A stretch of DNA of 63,690 nucleotides, counting the filler, from Thermodesulfobacteriota bacterium (GTDB taxonomy: Bacteria; DASVDK01), in the NCBI GenBank assembly GCA_036381125.1. It is 6 parts of 6 records of this genome, joined end to end, with 100 filler letters (N's around TTAATTAATTAA, not from the genome) between each part and the next. Parts side by side here need not be neighbours in the genome. Positions count along the whole stretch, not along the records: positions 1 to 8,517 come from DASVDK010000268.1; positions 8,618 to 17,312 come from DASVDK010000269.1; 4 more parts are not named here. One strand, written 5' to 3'. This document shows positions 1 to 8,958 of this stretch, one piece after another; positions within the stretch are counted from its first letter, which is position 1; each line of letters begins with the position of its first letter. The translations under genes were made by a program, and so were the position numbers. A model generated the notes under the pieces. The model had not been told where the DNA came from. It was given only the letters and a program-made list of their open reading frames with translations, and made no database searches.

Positions 1-89
1 AACTCCACGCGACCCATCTGCCGGGGGCGTGCCGGCGACGGCTTCGGGTGCGCCTGGCACCGTGCGGCTCCGAGGTCCGCCCAATCCAC

Positions 90-875
90 CTAGCTCTTGT
101 ACTCGGGGCACTCCCGGTCGAGCAGCCGCAGGAGGGCCGGCCAGGCGCGGTGGCCCGACGGGCGGCCGCCCTGCTCGAACTGCCGGGCGGTCTTCTCGCA
201 GACCTCCGGCGGCGGGATGACGAGCGGGGCGCCGGTGGACTGCGCGTCGATCTGCACCTCGCAGGCGCGGTTGAGGTTGAACATGAGGCCGAACGCCTCC
301 GGGATCGTCCGCCCGGCGGTGAGCAGCCCGTGGTTGCGCAGGATCATGGCCCGTCTGTCGCCCAGGTCGGCCACCAGGCGCGCCCGCTCGTCGAGGTCGA
401 GCGCGATCCCCTCGTAGTCGTGGTAGGCGACGCGGTTGTAGAACTGGAGCGCGTGCTGCGAGATCGGCAGGAGCCCGCAGGCGAGCGCCGACACCGCCTC
501 GCCCGCACGCGTGTGCGTGTGGAGCACGCACTCGACGTCGGGCCTGGCCATGTGGACCGCGGAGTGGATGGTGAAGCCCGCCTTGTTGATCGTGTAGGGC
601 GACTCGTCGAGGAGGTTGCCCTCGAGGTCGACCTTGACCAGGCTCGAGGCCGTGACCTCGTCGAACGTGAGCCCGTACGGATTGATGAGGAACTGATCGT
701 GCCGCCCTGGCACCCGCGCCGAGATGTGGGTGAAGATGAGGTCGGTCATCCGGAAGTGGTGGACCAGCCGGTAGCAGGCGGCCAGCTCCACCCGGACCTC
801 CCATTCGGTCTTCCGGGCCACCGGCGCCCCCTGGAGGTCGGGGATGCGCGCCAGGGCGTCGATCGTCGTCGTCAT
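90..875 (-). CDS. Class II aldolase/adducin family protein
   Basis: C-terminal part of ORF 90..1928 from ATG 875 (MTTTIDALAR); motifs THISAR, IHSAVH, LHTHT, LRNHG. Confidence 0.9.
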   Translation of the reverse strand: MTTTIDALARIPDLQGAPVARKTEWEVRVELAACYRLVHHFRMTDLIFTHISARVPGRHDQFLINPYGLTFDEVTASSLVKVDLEGNLLDESPYTINKAGFTIHSAVHMARPDVECVLHTHTRAGEAVSALACGLLPISQHALQFYNRVAYHDYEGIALDLDERARLVADLGDRRAMILRNHGLLTAGRTIPEAFGLMFNLNRACEVQIDAQSTGAPLVIPPPEVCEKTARQFEQGGRPSGHRAWPALLRLLDRECPEYKS

Positions 876-892
876 GTCCTCGATCCTACCGC

Positions 893-2005
893 TCAATGGC
901 CCCCGACCGCCGGGCGGTCGCGCTCGATGGCGTTGCGGACCAGCGCGGCGTACCGGTACCAGACGTGGGCGAACTTCCCGTAGGGCGCCGTGACGAAGAA
1001 CGCCGCCACGAAGCCGAGGTGGATCGTGAGCAGGGTCCCCATCGCCGCGGTCTCGCGGAAGGCGAGGAGCGCGAGCCCCGTGACGTTCGTCAGGTTGAGG
1101 ATGACGAGGAACGCCACGTCCATGCCGAGCATCCGCCGCTCGGCCGGCGCCCGGTCGGCCTTCGCCTTGAGCCAGAGGAGGCCCGTCGTGCCGATCACCA
1201 TCATGATCCCGCCGGACGTCCCGAGCAGCACCGGGACGCTGAAGAACGGGTAGGGGGCCTGCCAGTGGAGGAAGTGGTCGTAGATCGCCGCCGTCGTCGT
1301 CGACGCGAACGCGAGGAGGAAGCCGTAGAAGACGAGGTGGTGGTGCCACCGCCTCGACTGCGAGAAGCGCTCGTCGGGGTAGTTGCAGCCGTCCCCCCCG
1401 CCGTCCAGGTACCGGAGGCTGAAGGCGTCCTCGACCGCCTTCCAGAACGCACTGGGCGAGATCACCTGCCGGAGGCTCCCGCGCGTGTCGCGCCAGAAGC
1501 GCACGGTCCCGACGGCGAGCGCGCCGACGCCGTACAGGGTGATCGCCAGGGCCGGCAGCACCATGGCGAGGTACGGGACGACCCGGTAGAAGGCCCCTTC
1601 GCCCCGGTGGATCGAGAAGAGCACCTCGGGCCCCTGCCAGGCCAGCGTCAGGAGGAAGACGATCGCGATGGCGATCAGGCTCACCACAAGGCCCGACCGG
1701 GCGCTCTGCCGGTAGAACCGCCCGAAGATCCCCGGCCACGTGTAGTCGCGGTACGTCTCGGTGCGGAGCGCCGAGAGGATCTGCGGCACGTTGATGGCGA
1801 ACTCGTGCGGCGGGGCGTACTGGCAGGCGTAGTAGCAGGCCCGGCAGTCGAAGCAGAGGTTGGCCAGGTACGTGACGTCCGCCGCCGTGAAGACGCGCCG
1901 CCGCTCCATCGCGGGGAAGACCGCGCAAAAGCCTTCGCAGTAGCGGCAGGCGTTGCAGATGACCATCTGCCGCTCGGCCTCTCTCAGCACCTCAAGCCCG
2001 GGCAT
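893..2005 (-). CDS. tcuB: Tricarballylate utilization 4Fe-4S membrane protein TcuB
   Basis: ICNACRYCEGFCAVFPAM and LANLCFDCRACYYACQYAPPHEF Fe-S motifs, several TM helices, PYGKFAH; overlaps tcuA end. Confidence 0.92.
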   Translation of the reverse strand: MPGLEVLREAERQMVICNACRYCEGFCAVFPAMERRRVFTAADVTYLANLCFDCRACYYACQYAPPHEFAINVPQILSALRTETYRDYTWPGIFGRFYRQSARSGLVVSLIAIAIVFLLTLAWQGPEVLFSIHRGEGAFYRVVPYLAMVLPALAITLYGVGALAVGTVRFWRDTRGSLRQVISPSAFWKAVEDAFSLRYLDGGGDGCNYPDERFSQSRRWHHHLVFYGFLLAFASTTTAAIYDHFLHWQAPYPFFSVPVLLGTSGGIMMVIGTTGLLWLKAKADRAPAERRMLGMDVAFLVILNLTNVTGLALLAFRETAAMGTLLTIHLGFVAAFFVTAPYGKFAHVWYRYAALVRNAIERDRPAVGGH

Positions 2006-3380
2006 GTCGTGCGGCCTCCCGTCCCGCGATCCTGCCGAATACCGTTCCGATGGTGAGCCCGAAGCCCGCGAGGTAGCCGCGGCCGAGGATGTTCCCGGCC
2101 ATGACCTCTCCCGCGGCGAAGACGTTGGGGGAGGGCCGCTCGCTGCGGAAGAGCACGCGCGCGTGGTCGTCGACGGCCACCCCGAGGTACGTGAACGTGA
2201 TGCCCGGCCGCAGGGGATAGGCCCAGAAGGGGGGCCGGTCGATCGGGCGGGCCCAGTGGCTCTTGACCGGCGTGATCCCCTCGGTGCGGCAGTCGTCGAG
2301 CGCGCCCGGATCGAAGCGCCCCGGCCGGACGGCGCGGTTGAAGGCGTCGACCGTCGCCTCGAGGGCGCCGGGGTCGAGGTGCAGCTCGGCGGCAAGCTCC
2401 TCGAGGCTGCCGCGCTCGATCGGCGGGAACACCGACGGCATGAAGAGGTCGAACGACTTCGAGTCGATGATGGAGTAGGCGACCTGGCCCGGCTGCTCGG
2501 CGATGAGCCCGCCCCAGATGGCGTAGCGCTTGGGCCAGAAGTCCTCCCCCTCGTCGTAGAACCGGCGCGCCTCCCGGTTGACCACGATCCCGAAGGGGAC
2601 GCTGTCGAGGCGGGTGATGATGCCGCCGTCGGTCATCGGCGCGCGGGCGTCGACCGCCACGGCGTGGAACCGGCGCGGGTTGCCGACCGGCGTGGCGCCG
2701 TGCTCGAGGAGCGCCTCGAGGACGCGGCCCTGGTTGTAGGGGGTCCCGCGGACGACGAAGTTGTCCGCGGCATCGCCCCAGTACTTCCTGAGCCACTCCC
2801 GGTTGGCCTCGAAGCCGCCCGAGGCGACGACGACCGCCTTCGCGCGGACCTCCTCCTCCCGCCCCGCGTGCGCCACGACGGCCGAGTGGAAGACGCCGTC
2901 GCGCACGTCGAGGCGCCGCACCTCCGCCTCGTAGCGGATCTCGACGCCGAGGGCGCGCGCGGTCGCGTAGTAGGCGTTCATCATCGCCTTGCCGCCGCCG
3001 AGGAAGAAGAGGTTCGTCCGGGCGAGGTGGAGCGTGCCGGAGAGGGGGCGCTGCCACCTGACGCCGTGGGCCCACATCCACTCGTCGAAGTCGGCCGACT
3101 CCCGGATCGTCAGCCGCGCCAGCGCCTCGTTGGTCTCGCCCCCCGTGACCCGGACGAGGTCGTCCCAGAACTCCTCCTCCGAGTACGGGCCGGTCACGTA
3201 CTGGGTGGCGGCGGGGTGGACGTAGCGGATGTCGCGCGTGTGGCGGCTGTTGCCGCCCCGGTAGACCTCCGGCGCCGCCTCGAGCAGGAGCACGCTCGCC
3301 CCGGCGCGGCGCGCGGTCATGGCCGCGCAGAGGGCGGCGTTGCCCCCGCCGATGACAAGGACATCGAACACGTGGCTCAC
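1992..3380 (-). CDS. tcuA: FAD-dependent tricarballylate dehydrogenase TcuA
   Basis: DVLVIGGGNAALCAA Rossmann motif, RGGNSRHTR, FYDEGEDFWPKRYAIWG, GNILGRGYLAGFG; adjacent to tcuB. Confidence 0.92.
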   Translation of the reverse strand: MSHVFDVLVIGGGNAALCAAMTARRAGASVLLLEAAPEVYRGGNSRHTRDIRYVHPAATQYVTGPYSEEEFWDDLVRVTGGETNEALARLTIRESADFDEWMWAHGVRWQRPLSGTLHLARTNLFFLGGGKAMMNAYYATARALGVEIRYEAEVRRLDVRDGVFHSAVVAHAGREEEVRAKAVVVASGGFEANREWLRKYWGDAADNFVVRGTPYNQGRVLEALLEHGATPVGNPRRFHAVAVDARAPMTDGGIITRLDSVPFGIVVNREARRFYDEGEDFWPKRYAIWGGLIAEQPGQVAYSIIDSKSFDLFMPSVFPPIERGSLEELAAELHLDPGALEATVDAFNRAVRPGRFDPGALDDCRTEGITPVKSHWARPIDRPPFWAYPLRPGITFTYLGVAVDDHARVLFRSERPSPNVFAAGEVMAGNILGRGYLAGFGLTIGTVFGRIAGREAARHARA

Positions 3381-3395
3381 GTCTTTCTCCGAGGG

Positions 3396-5318
3396 TTAGA
3401 TCACGCCATGGGGCCAGGTGAGTCCGAAGAGCCGGGTCAGCCCCGACAACGCGAGGAGCACGACCAGCGTGTAGGCCGCCACGCCGGCCCACCGCATGCG
3501 GGCCATCGTGGCGAGGAAGAGCGGCACGAAGACGCCGGCGGCGACGTACGGGCCGAAGAGCCAGAGGAGGATCACGAAGGCGACCATCCACCCGAACGCC
3601 GTCAGCGCGGACCGCACCGCCGCGCCGTCGGCGGCCGGGCCCTCGGGGCCGCGCCGCATCCGACGCACGTCGAGCACGAGCTGCGCGAGGCTGACGGCCA
3701 CGCCGGGGATCGTGGCCAGCAGCGGCAGGAGCCTCGCCCCCTCGTCGAAGCCGAAGCTCGCGACGAGCGCCGCCGAGAAGACCACGAGGGTGCCGGCGCT
3801 GACCGCGACGTGCCAGGCCGGGCCGCCCTGCGGCTCCGCCTCCGCGTCGTGGCTGCGGCTCGACTTCAGGCTGCTCCGGATGCCCCACACCACCGAGAAG
3901 AGGAGGAGGAGCAGCAGGACGATGACCCAGGGCCTCGTCACCCACGAGGCGCCGTGCAGGTTCACGGTGAGCCAGTAGTACCGCTCCGTCGGGAGGCTGA
4001 GGACGTAGCCGATGAGGAGCGGCGCCCGGGGATAGTCGGCCCGCTTCATGATCCAGGCGGCGACGCCGAGGAGGATCATGGCGACGAGCGTGCCGATGTT
4101 CGGGCTGTCCTGGTAGGCGCCGACGAGCATGATGAGGAGGACCGCGGGCGCGAGCCGGACGAAGGGGACGTACGTGAGCCGGGCCAGGAGCGGGCTCATG
4201 AGGAACGCCAGCCCGGCCCCGACCACGTTGGCGATCGCGAAGCTCCAGACGATCGTGTAGACGAGGTCGAGGTGCTCGGTCATGATGCGGGGCCCCGGCT
4301 GGACGCCGAAGACCAGCAGGGCGCCCATCATGATGGCGGCCGGCACGCCGCCGGGGACGCCGAAGAGGAGCGTCGGGATGAGGTCGCCCGCCTCGACGGC
4401 GTTGTTCGCGCTCTCCGGCGCGATGATGCCCCGCACGTCGCCCCGGCCGAAGCGGCTCTTGTCGCGGCTCGACGCGACGACCTGCCCGTAGGCCATCCAG
4501 GTCCCCGCCGTGGCGCCGATCCCGGGGAGGATGCCGGCCCAGATGCCGATCAGGGCGCCGCGCAGGACGAGCCACCGGTGCCGGACGATGTCCCGGATCC
4601 CCTCGAGCCAGCCGCCGCCGATCGCCGTGAGGCTGGAGGCGACCGCGCCGCGGTGGAGGAAGTCGGCCATCTCCGCGAGGCCGAAGACGCCGAGCGCGAT
4701 CGCGATCAGCGGCAGCCCCTCCATGAGGGCGGTCGTGCCGAAGGTGAACCGGTACTCGGCGGCGTTCGGGGCCGAGCCGACCGTCCCGAGCAGGAGCCCG
4801 AGGAGGCCGGCCGCCGCCCCCTTGAGGATCTTCCCCTCGGCGAGCGACACCGCGAAGCTGACGCCGAGGAGGCAGAGCACGAAGATCTCGGGCGATCCGA
4901 ACGCGAGGACCAGCGGTCTCGCGATCGGGATCGAGAGCGTCAACCCGAACGCCCCGATGAGGCCGCCGAGCATCGAGGCGAGGAACGAGACGGCGAGCGC
5001 CCGGCCGGCCTGTCCCTGGCGGGCCAGGGCGTGCCCATCCATCATGACGACCGCCGCGGACGCCGATCCCGGGGCCGCGAGCAGGACCGCCGAGATGACG
5101 TCCGCGGTGTGGACCACCGCCACGGCGCCCACCATCAGCGCCATGGCGTGGGCCGCCTGGAGTCCGAAGACGAACGGCAGGAGAAGGGAGACCGCCGCCG
5201 TGCCCCCCAGCCCCGGAATGACGCCCACCAGCGTGCCGGTGAGCACGCCGACGAGCAGCATCCCGAGGAGACCGGGGTCGGCGAAGGCGGCGAGGGCGTC
5301 GAGGGCGGCTCCCGGCAC
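3396..5318 (-). CDS. tctA: Tripartite tricarboxylate transporter permease TctA with fused C-terminal TctB-like domain
   Basis: GVIPGLGG, GILPGIGAT, APESANNA, PTLLFGVPG motifs; about 140 extra residues with about 4 TM helices at the C-terminus. Confidence 0.88.
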   Translation of the reverse strand: MPGAALDALAAFADPGLLGMLLVGVLTGTLVGVIPGLGGTAAVSLLLPFVFGLQAAHAMALMVGAVAVVHTADVISAVLLAAPGSASAAVVMMDGHALARQGQAGRALAVSFLASMLGGLIGAFGLTLSIPIARPLVLAFGSPEIFVLCLLGVSFAVSLAEGKILKGAAAGLLGLLLGTVGSAPNAAEYRFTFGTTALMEGLPLIAIALGVFGLAEMADFLHRGAVASSLTAIGGGWLEGIRDIVRHRWLVLRGALIGIWAGILPGIGATAGTWMAYGQVVASSRDKSRFGRGDVRGIIAPESANNAVEAGDLIPTLLFGVPGGVPAAIMMGALLVFGVQPGPRIMTEHLDLVYTIVWSFAIANVVGAGLAFLMSPLLARLTYVPFVRLAPAVLLIMLVGAYQDSPNIGTLVAMILLGVAAWIMKRADYPRAPLLIGYVLSLPTERYYWLTVNLHGASWVTRPWVIVLLLLLLFSVVWGIRSSLKSSRSHDAEAEPQGGPAWHVAVSAGTLVVFSAALVASFGFDEGARLLPLLATIPGVAVSLAQLVLDVRRMRRGPEGPAADGAAVRSALTAFGWMVAFVILLWLFGPYVAAGVFVPLFLATMARMRWAGVAAYTLVVLLALSGLTRLFGLTWPHGVI

Positions 5319-5336
5319 GGACGGCGGCTCCCGGCC

Positions 5337-6431
5337 CTAGAACTTCACGCCGAACTTCGTCGAGACGAGGTCGCGCGCGAACGCCCGGACCTCGGGCGGC
5401 AGCGACAGGGCCTCGCGCAGCGCCTTCTCGACGGCGTCGCCGGAGAAGGTCGGGTAGCCCTCCATGAGGTCCTCGCTCTTCTCCTTGAACTCGGGGCTCT
5501 CGATGAGGCGCCGCGAGCCCTCGTAGAGGGCTGCCAGCACCTCCTTCGGCGTCCCTTCGGGCGCCCAGAGCGCCTTCTGGTAGGCGAACCCGGCGGCCAT
5601 GAAGGCGAGGTACGCCCGCCAGGCCACGCCGCCGGGGGCCTCGTTGTAGATCCGCTGGTAGACCTCCGGCACGGTCGGCAGGTCGGGCACGGTCGGGTCG
5701 CGCTCGACCTTGCCCGGCCCGGTGAGGAGGCCGAACGACATGAGCGGCGTCACCTTGCCCTGGGAGATCAACGGGACGACCTGGGTCTGGTAGGCGGTCG
5801 TCGTCTGGTAGTCGACGGTCGTCTCGCCCCGCTCGAAGGCGAGCCGCGCCGGCCCGCGCCCCTCGAAGCCGAGCACCGACTTCACGTCGAGCTTGAGCAG
5901 CTCGAAGGTGAGCAGCGTGACCAGGTCGAGGCCGGTCGCGCTGATGCCGCCGTAGACGAGCGGCGTCTTCGGCTTGAGGAGGTCGGCCGGCACCTTCACC
6001 CCCGTACGGGGCGAGGTGTAGATGACGCCGCCGGTGGCGGTGACGATGACCGGCGTCAGCTTCTCGAAGTCGTAGCGGACCTGCGGCCGCCCGAGGAGGT
6101 AGTGGAACGCGGTCGTGCCCGACGTGGCCAGCAGCGTGAGGCCGTCGGGACGGGCGGAGGTGGCGAAGTGGTTGGCTCCGGTGATGCTCTCGCCGCCCGG
6201 CATGTTCCGGACGATGACGCGGGGGTTCCCCGGGACGTGCCGCTCGAGGTAGGGGGCGATGAAGCGGGCCCAGACGTCGGTGCCGCCGCCGGCGCCGAAG
6301 GGGACCACGATCTCGATCGTCTTGCCCGCGTAGTACTCGGCGGCCTGTGCCGGGGGCGCGACGAGCATCAGGCTCAGTGCCAGGACGGCGATGACGACTC
6401 GGCGGGATCCTCTCCATCGGGTGAGGGTCAT
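5337..6431 (-). CDS. tctC: Bug/TctC family tripartite tricarboxylate transporter substrate-binding protein
   Basis: Signal peptide; YAGKTIEIVVPFGAGGGTD, NMPGG, PDGLTL; AAGGAGG RBS upstream of ATG 6431. Confidence 0.88.
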   Translation of the reverse strand: MTLTRWRGSRRVVIAVLALSLMLVAPPAQAAEYYAGKTIEIVVPFGAGGGTDVWARFIAPYLERHVPGNPRVIVRNMPGGESITGANHFATSARPDGLTLLATSGTTAFHYLLGRPQVRYDFEKLTPVIVTATGGVIYTSPRTGVKVPADLLKPKTPLVYGGISATGLDLVTLLTFELLKLDVKSVLGFEGRGPARLAFERGETTVDYQTTTAYQTQVVPLISQGKVTPLMSFGLLTGPGKVERDPTVPDLPTVPEVYQRIYNEAPGGVAWRAYLAFMAAGFAYQKALWAPEGTPKEVLAALYEGSRRLIESPEFKEKSEDLMEGYPTFSGDAVEKALREALSLPPEVRAFARDLVSTKFGVKF

Positions 6432-6517
6432 GTCGACCACCTCCTTGGGTAGTATCGATCCACGATGATCGCCCCGGGCGGCGGTGCGCCACACCGCTCC
6501 CGCTCGGCGCACGTTGT

Positions 6518-7612
6518 CTAGCGCGCCCGGACCGCCTCGACGACCGCCCGGGCCACGTCGCCCGTCCGGTCGCGGCCGCCGAGGTCGGGCGTGCGCACCC
6601 GTCCCTCCGCGATCACCCGGTCGACCGCGCGCGCAATCCGCGCGGCGGCGGCCCTGGCCGCGTCGTCGTCGTGACGCTGGCCGAGCCAGGCGAGCAGCAT
6701 CTGCATCGACAGGATCTCGGCCACCGGGTTGGCCATCCCGCGGCCGGCGATGTCGGGCGCCGAGCCGTGCACCGCCTGCGCCATGGCCGTCCCGGCGCCG
6801 ACGTTCAGCGACGGCGCCAGGCCGAGGCCGCCCACGAGCCCGGCCGCCTCGTCGGACAGGACGTCGCCGAAGAGGTTCGTCGTCACGACGACGTCGTACG
6901 CCTCCGGCCGCTGGACCAGGAACATGGCGAACGCGTCGACGTGGGCCGTGTCGAAGGCCACCTCGGGGTAGCGCGCCGCCGCCTCGCGGCAGCAGTCGAG
7001 GAAGAGCCCGTCGCCCAGCTTGAGCACGTTCTGCTTGTGCACGGCGGTGACGCGCCCCTGCCGGCCCCGGGCGCGCGCGCGCTCGGCCGCGAGCGCGAAG
7101 GCGTACTCCGCGATCCGGCTCGAGGCCCTGCGGGTGACGACCCGCACCGAGATCACCGTGTCGGCGTCGGGCCGGATCTCGCCGTTGCCGTCGAGCACGT
7201 TCCGGTCGGCGTAGAACCCCTCGGTGTTCTCGCGCACGACGACGAGGTCGACGCCGGCGAACCGCGTCTGGACCCCGGCGAACGACCGGGCCGGCCGCAC
7301 GTTGGCGTAGAGGTCGAACCGCTTGCGCAGGGTCCCGCTCGGGTTGGCCATCTCCGGCCGCCCGGCGGCGTAGGTGTGGTGGCTCACCGGGCCGAGGAGG
7401 AAGCCGTCGCAGGTCTCGAGCGCCGCCACCGTCGCGGCCGGCAGGGTCGAGCCCTCCCGCTCGTAGGCCGAGAGGCCCATCGGGAGCGGCACCCAGTCGA
7501 TGGCCGGGCCGCCGATCACGGCCCGCGCCGCCTCGACGGCGTCCACCGCGGGCGGGACCACTTCCGGTCCGATGCCGTCCCCCTCGAGGACGCCGATCCG
7601 GTACGGGCGCAT
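6518..7612 (-). CDS. Isocitrate/isopropylmalate/tartrate dehydrogenase family oxidative decarboxylase
   Basis: GDGIGPEV, LRKRFDLYANVRP, VRENTEGFY, NLFGDVLSD, HGSAPDIAG. Confidence 0.92.
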   Translation of the reverse strand: MRPYRIGVLEGDGIGPEVVPPAVDAVEAARAVIGGPAIDWVPLPMGLSAYEREGSTLPAATVAALETCDGFLLGPVSHHTYAAGRPEMANPSGTLRKRFDLYANVRPARSFAGVQTRFAGVDLVVVRENTEGFYADRNVLDGNGEIRPDADTVISVRVVTRRASSRIAEYAFALAAERARARGRQGRVTAVHKQNVLKLGDGLFLDCCREAAARYPEVAFDTAHVDAFAMFLVQRPEAYDVVVTTNLFGDVLSDEAAGLVGGLGLAPSLNVGAGTAMAQAVHGSAPDIAGRGMANPVAEILSMQMLLAWLGQRHDDDAARAAAARIARAVDRVIAEGRVRTPDLGGRDRTGDVARAVVEAVRAR

Positions 7613-7619
7613 CGCGAGA

Positions 7620-8345
7620 CTACCCCCCGATCCGCGTCCGGCGCCCGGGGGGCGGGCCGTCGAGTGAGGTGCCGTAATGGTCGCGGGCCATCGCGAGGCG
7701 GACCGCCATCGCGTGCTCCATGTGCGTCCGGGCGACCGCCTCGGCCCGGGCGGAGTCGCGGTCGCGCAGCGCGCCGACGAGCGCCTCGTGCTCCGCGGCG
7801 ACCTCGGCCAGGCGACCGGGGTGCTCGAAGGTGGTCCGGCGGAAGCGGCCGAGCGTGTCGTAGATCCTCGACATGAAGTCGAGGAGGAGCGGGTTGCGCG
7901 CCGCCTGGCAGATCGCCCGGTGCAGCTCGAGGTTCAGCGCGGCGAGCGCCTTCGCGTCGGGACGGGGCTTGCGGAGCCCCGCGGTGAACCGCTCGTGCAG
8001 CGCCTCGATCTGCGCGAGGTGCAGCGGCGTGAGGCGCGTCGCGGCGAGCCGGGCCGCGGTTGCCTCGAGGGGGACCCGCACCTCGTAGAGGTCCGCGATC
8101 TGCTCCTCCGTCAGCTCCCGGACCACGAGGCCCGCCGGCGTCTCCTCGGCGAACCCCTCGGTCACGAGGCGCAGGATCGCCTCGCGCACCGGCGTCCGGC
8201 TCGCCTTGACCGACGCGGCGATCTGCCCCGCGACGAGCCTCGTCCCGGGAGCGAGGTCGCCGTTCAGGATCCGCTGCCGGATGAGGGCGTAGACGCGATC
8301 CCGGGTCGACGACCGTCCGGAGGGCGCGGCCGCATTCACCTGCAT
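7620..8345 (-). CDS. GntR family (FCD domain) transcriptional regulator
   Basis: wHTH SRTPVREAILRLVTEG; FCD features LYEVRVPLE, LHRAI, EHEALV, HM. Confidence 0.92.
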   Translation of the reverse strand: MQVNAAAPSGRSSTRDRVYALIRQRILNGDLAPGTRLVAGQIAASVKASRTPVREAILRLVTEGFAEETPAGLVVRELTEEQIADLYEVRVPLEATAARLAATRLTPLHLAQIEALHERFTAGLRKPRPDAKALAALNLELHRAICQAARNPLLLDFMSRIYDTLGRFRRTTFEHPGRLAEVAAEHEALVGALRDRDSARAEAVARTHMEHAMAVRLAMARDHYGTSLDGPPPGRRTRIGG

Positions 8346-8400
8346 GCACCTGTATGCAGCATCACGAACACCGTTAGCACGAGCGCGGGCCGGGCGTCAA
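8341..8400 (-). promoter_or_regulatory. Candidate sigma70 promoter and GntR-type operator for the tcu/tct operon
   Basis: Minus strand TTGACG (8395-8400), 18 nt, TAACGG (8371-8376); TGCATACA and TGCATGCA boxes at 8341-8358 overlap the start codon. Confidence 0.4.
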
Positions 8401-8427
8401 GGCAGCGCATCCCCGCAAGCGGCCCCT

Positions 8428-8517
8428 GGGGTCAGGTCTTTCCATTTTCCAGGGGGTCAGGTCTTTCCATTTTCCAGACGCGGCCCCTGGGGTCAGGTCT
8501 TTCCATTTTCCAGGGGG
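8428..8517 (+). repeat. Tandem array of 25-bp GGGGTCAGGTCTTTCCATTTTCCAG repeats (REP/TIR-like)
   Basis: Identical copies at 8428-8452, 8453-8477 and 8489-8513; a probable fourth copy (GGGG only) at the contig end. Confidence 0.9.
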
Positions 8518-8617
8518 NNNNNNNNNNNNNNNNNNNNNNNNNNNNNNNNNNNNNNNNNNNNTTAATTAATTAANNNNNNNNNNNNNNNNNNNNNNNNNNN
8601 NNNNNNNNNNNNNNNNN
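8518..8617. other. Artificial contig linker
   Basis: 44 N + TTAATTAATTAA (stops in all frames) + 44 N. Confidence 0.99.
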
Positions 8618-8958
8618 GCGGGAAGCCCGCGTCGCGGATCGGCGAGGTCGTGCCAGGGGGCGCCGCAGTCGCCCACGACGATCGCCTCGCGCCTGGCCGC
8701 CGCGAGCCCCACGAGCCCCCCGGCCCCGCCGCCCGCCACCGAGACCGGCACCCTGAGCGGGTCGGCCGGGGCCGGCGCGCCGGTGAGCAGCCGGAGCGTG
8801 AGCTGCTCCTTGGCCCGGTCGAGCGAGAAGATCGCGCAGGCGTCGAGCTTCAGCTCGTCGGCGAGGAGCCGGACGATCGCCTCGAGCCGGCGCTCGATCT
8901 CGGTGGTGGAGTTCGAGACCTCGATGACCCGCGCGAGCAGCGCAGCGGCGTCAGCCAT
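8618..8958 (-). CDS. GAF-domain protein, N-terminal part (truncated by contig end)
   Basis: LLARVIEVSNST..RLEAIVRLLADELKLDACAIFSLD..LTLR..GLVGLAAARREAIVVGD is a GAF-like pattern; start overlaps glgA stop. Confidence 0.7.

Noticed and set aside
1-17. Possible start of a further operon gene (ATG GGT CGC GTG GAG, minus strand)
   Set aside because: Only five codons are visible; cannot be supported or identified.
90-1928. 612-aa fusion ending in the aldolase domain
   Set aside because: The upstream 351 codons are an off-frame shadow of tcuB; the real start is at 875.
1953-6492. Very long ORFs of 1499 aa (+) and 1502 aa (-)
   Set aside because: Antisense and off-frame shadows of tcuA/tctA/tctC in high-GC DNA; Arg/Gly/Pro-rich with no domain motifs. 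The same applies to other long shadows such as 25069..28212 and 51414..54509.
8428-8517. Possible CRISPR array
   Set aside because: Repeats are separated by 0 or 11 nt with no unique 30-40 nt spacers, there are no cas genes, and copies are dispersed elsewhere.
8562-8573. TTAATTAATTAA motif recurring five times
   Set aside because: Synthetic all-frame stop linker embedded in N runs; not biological.
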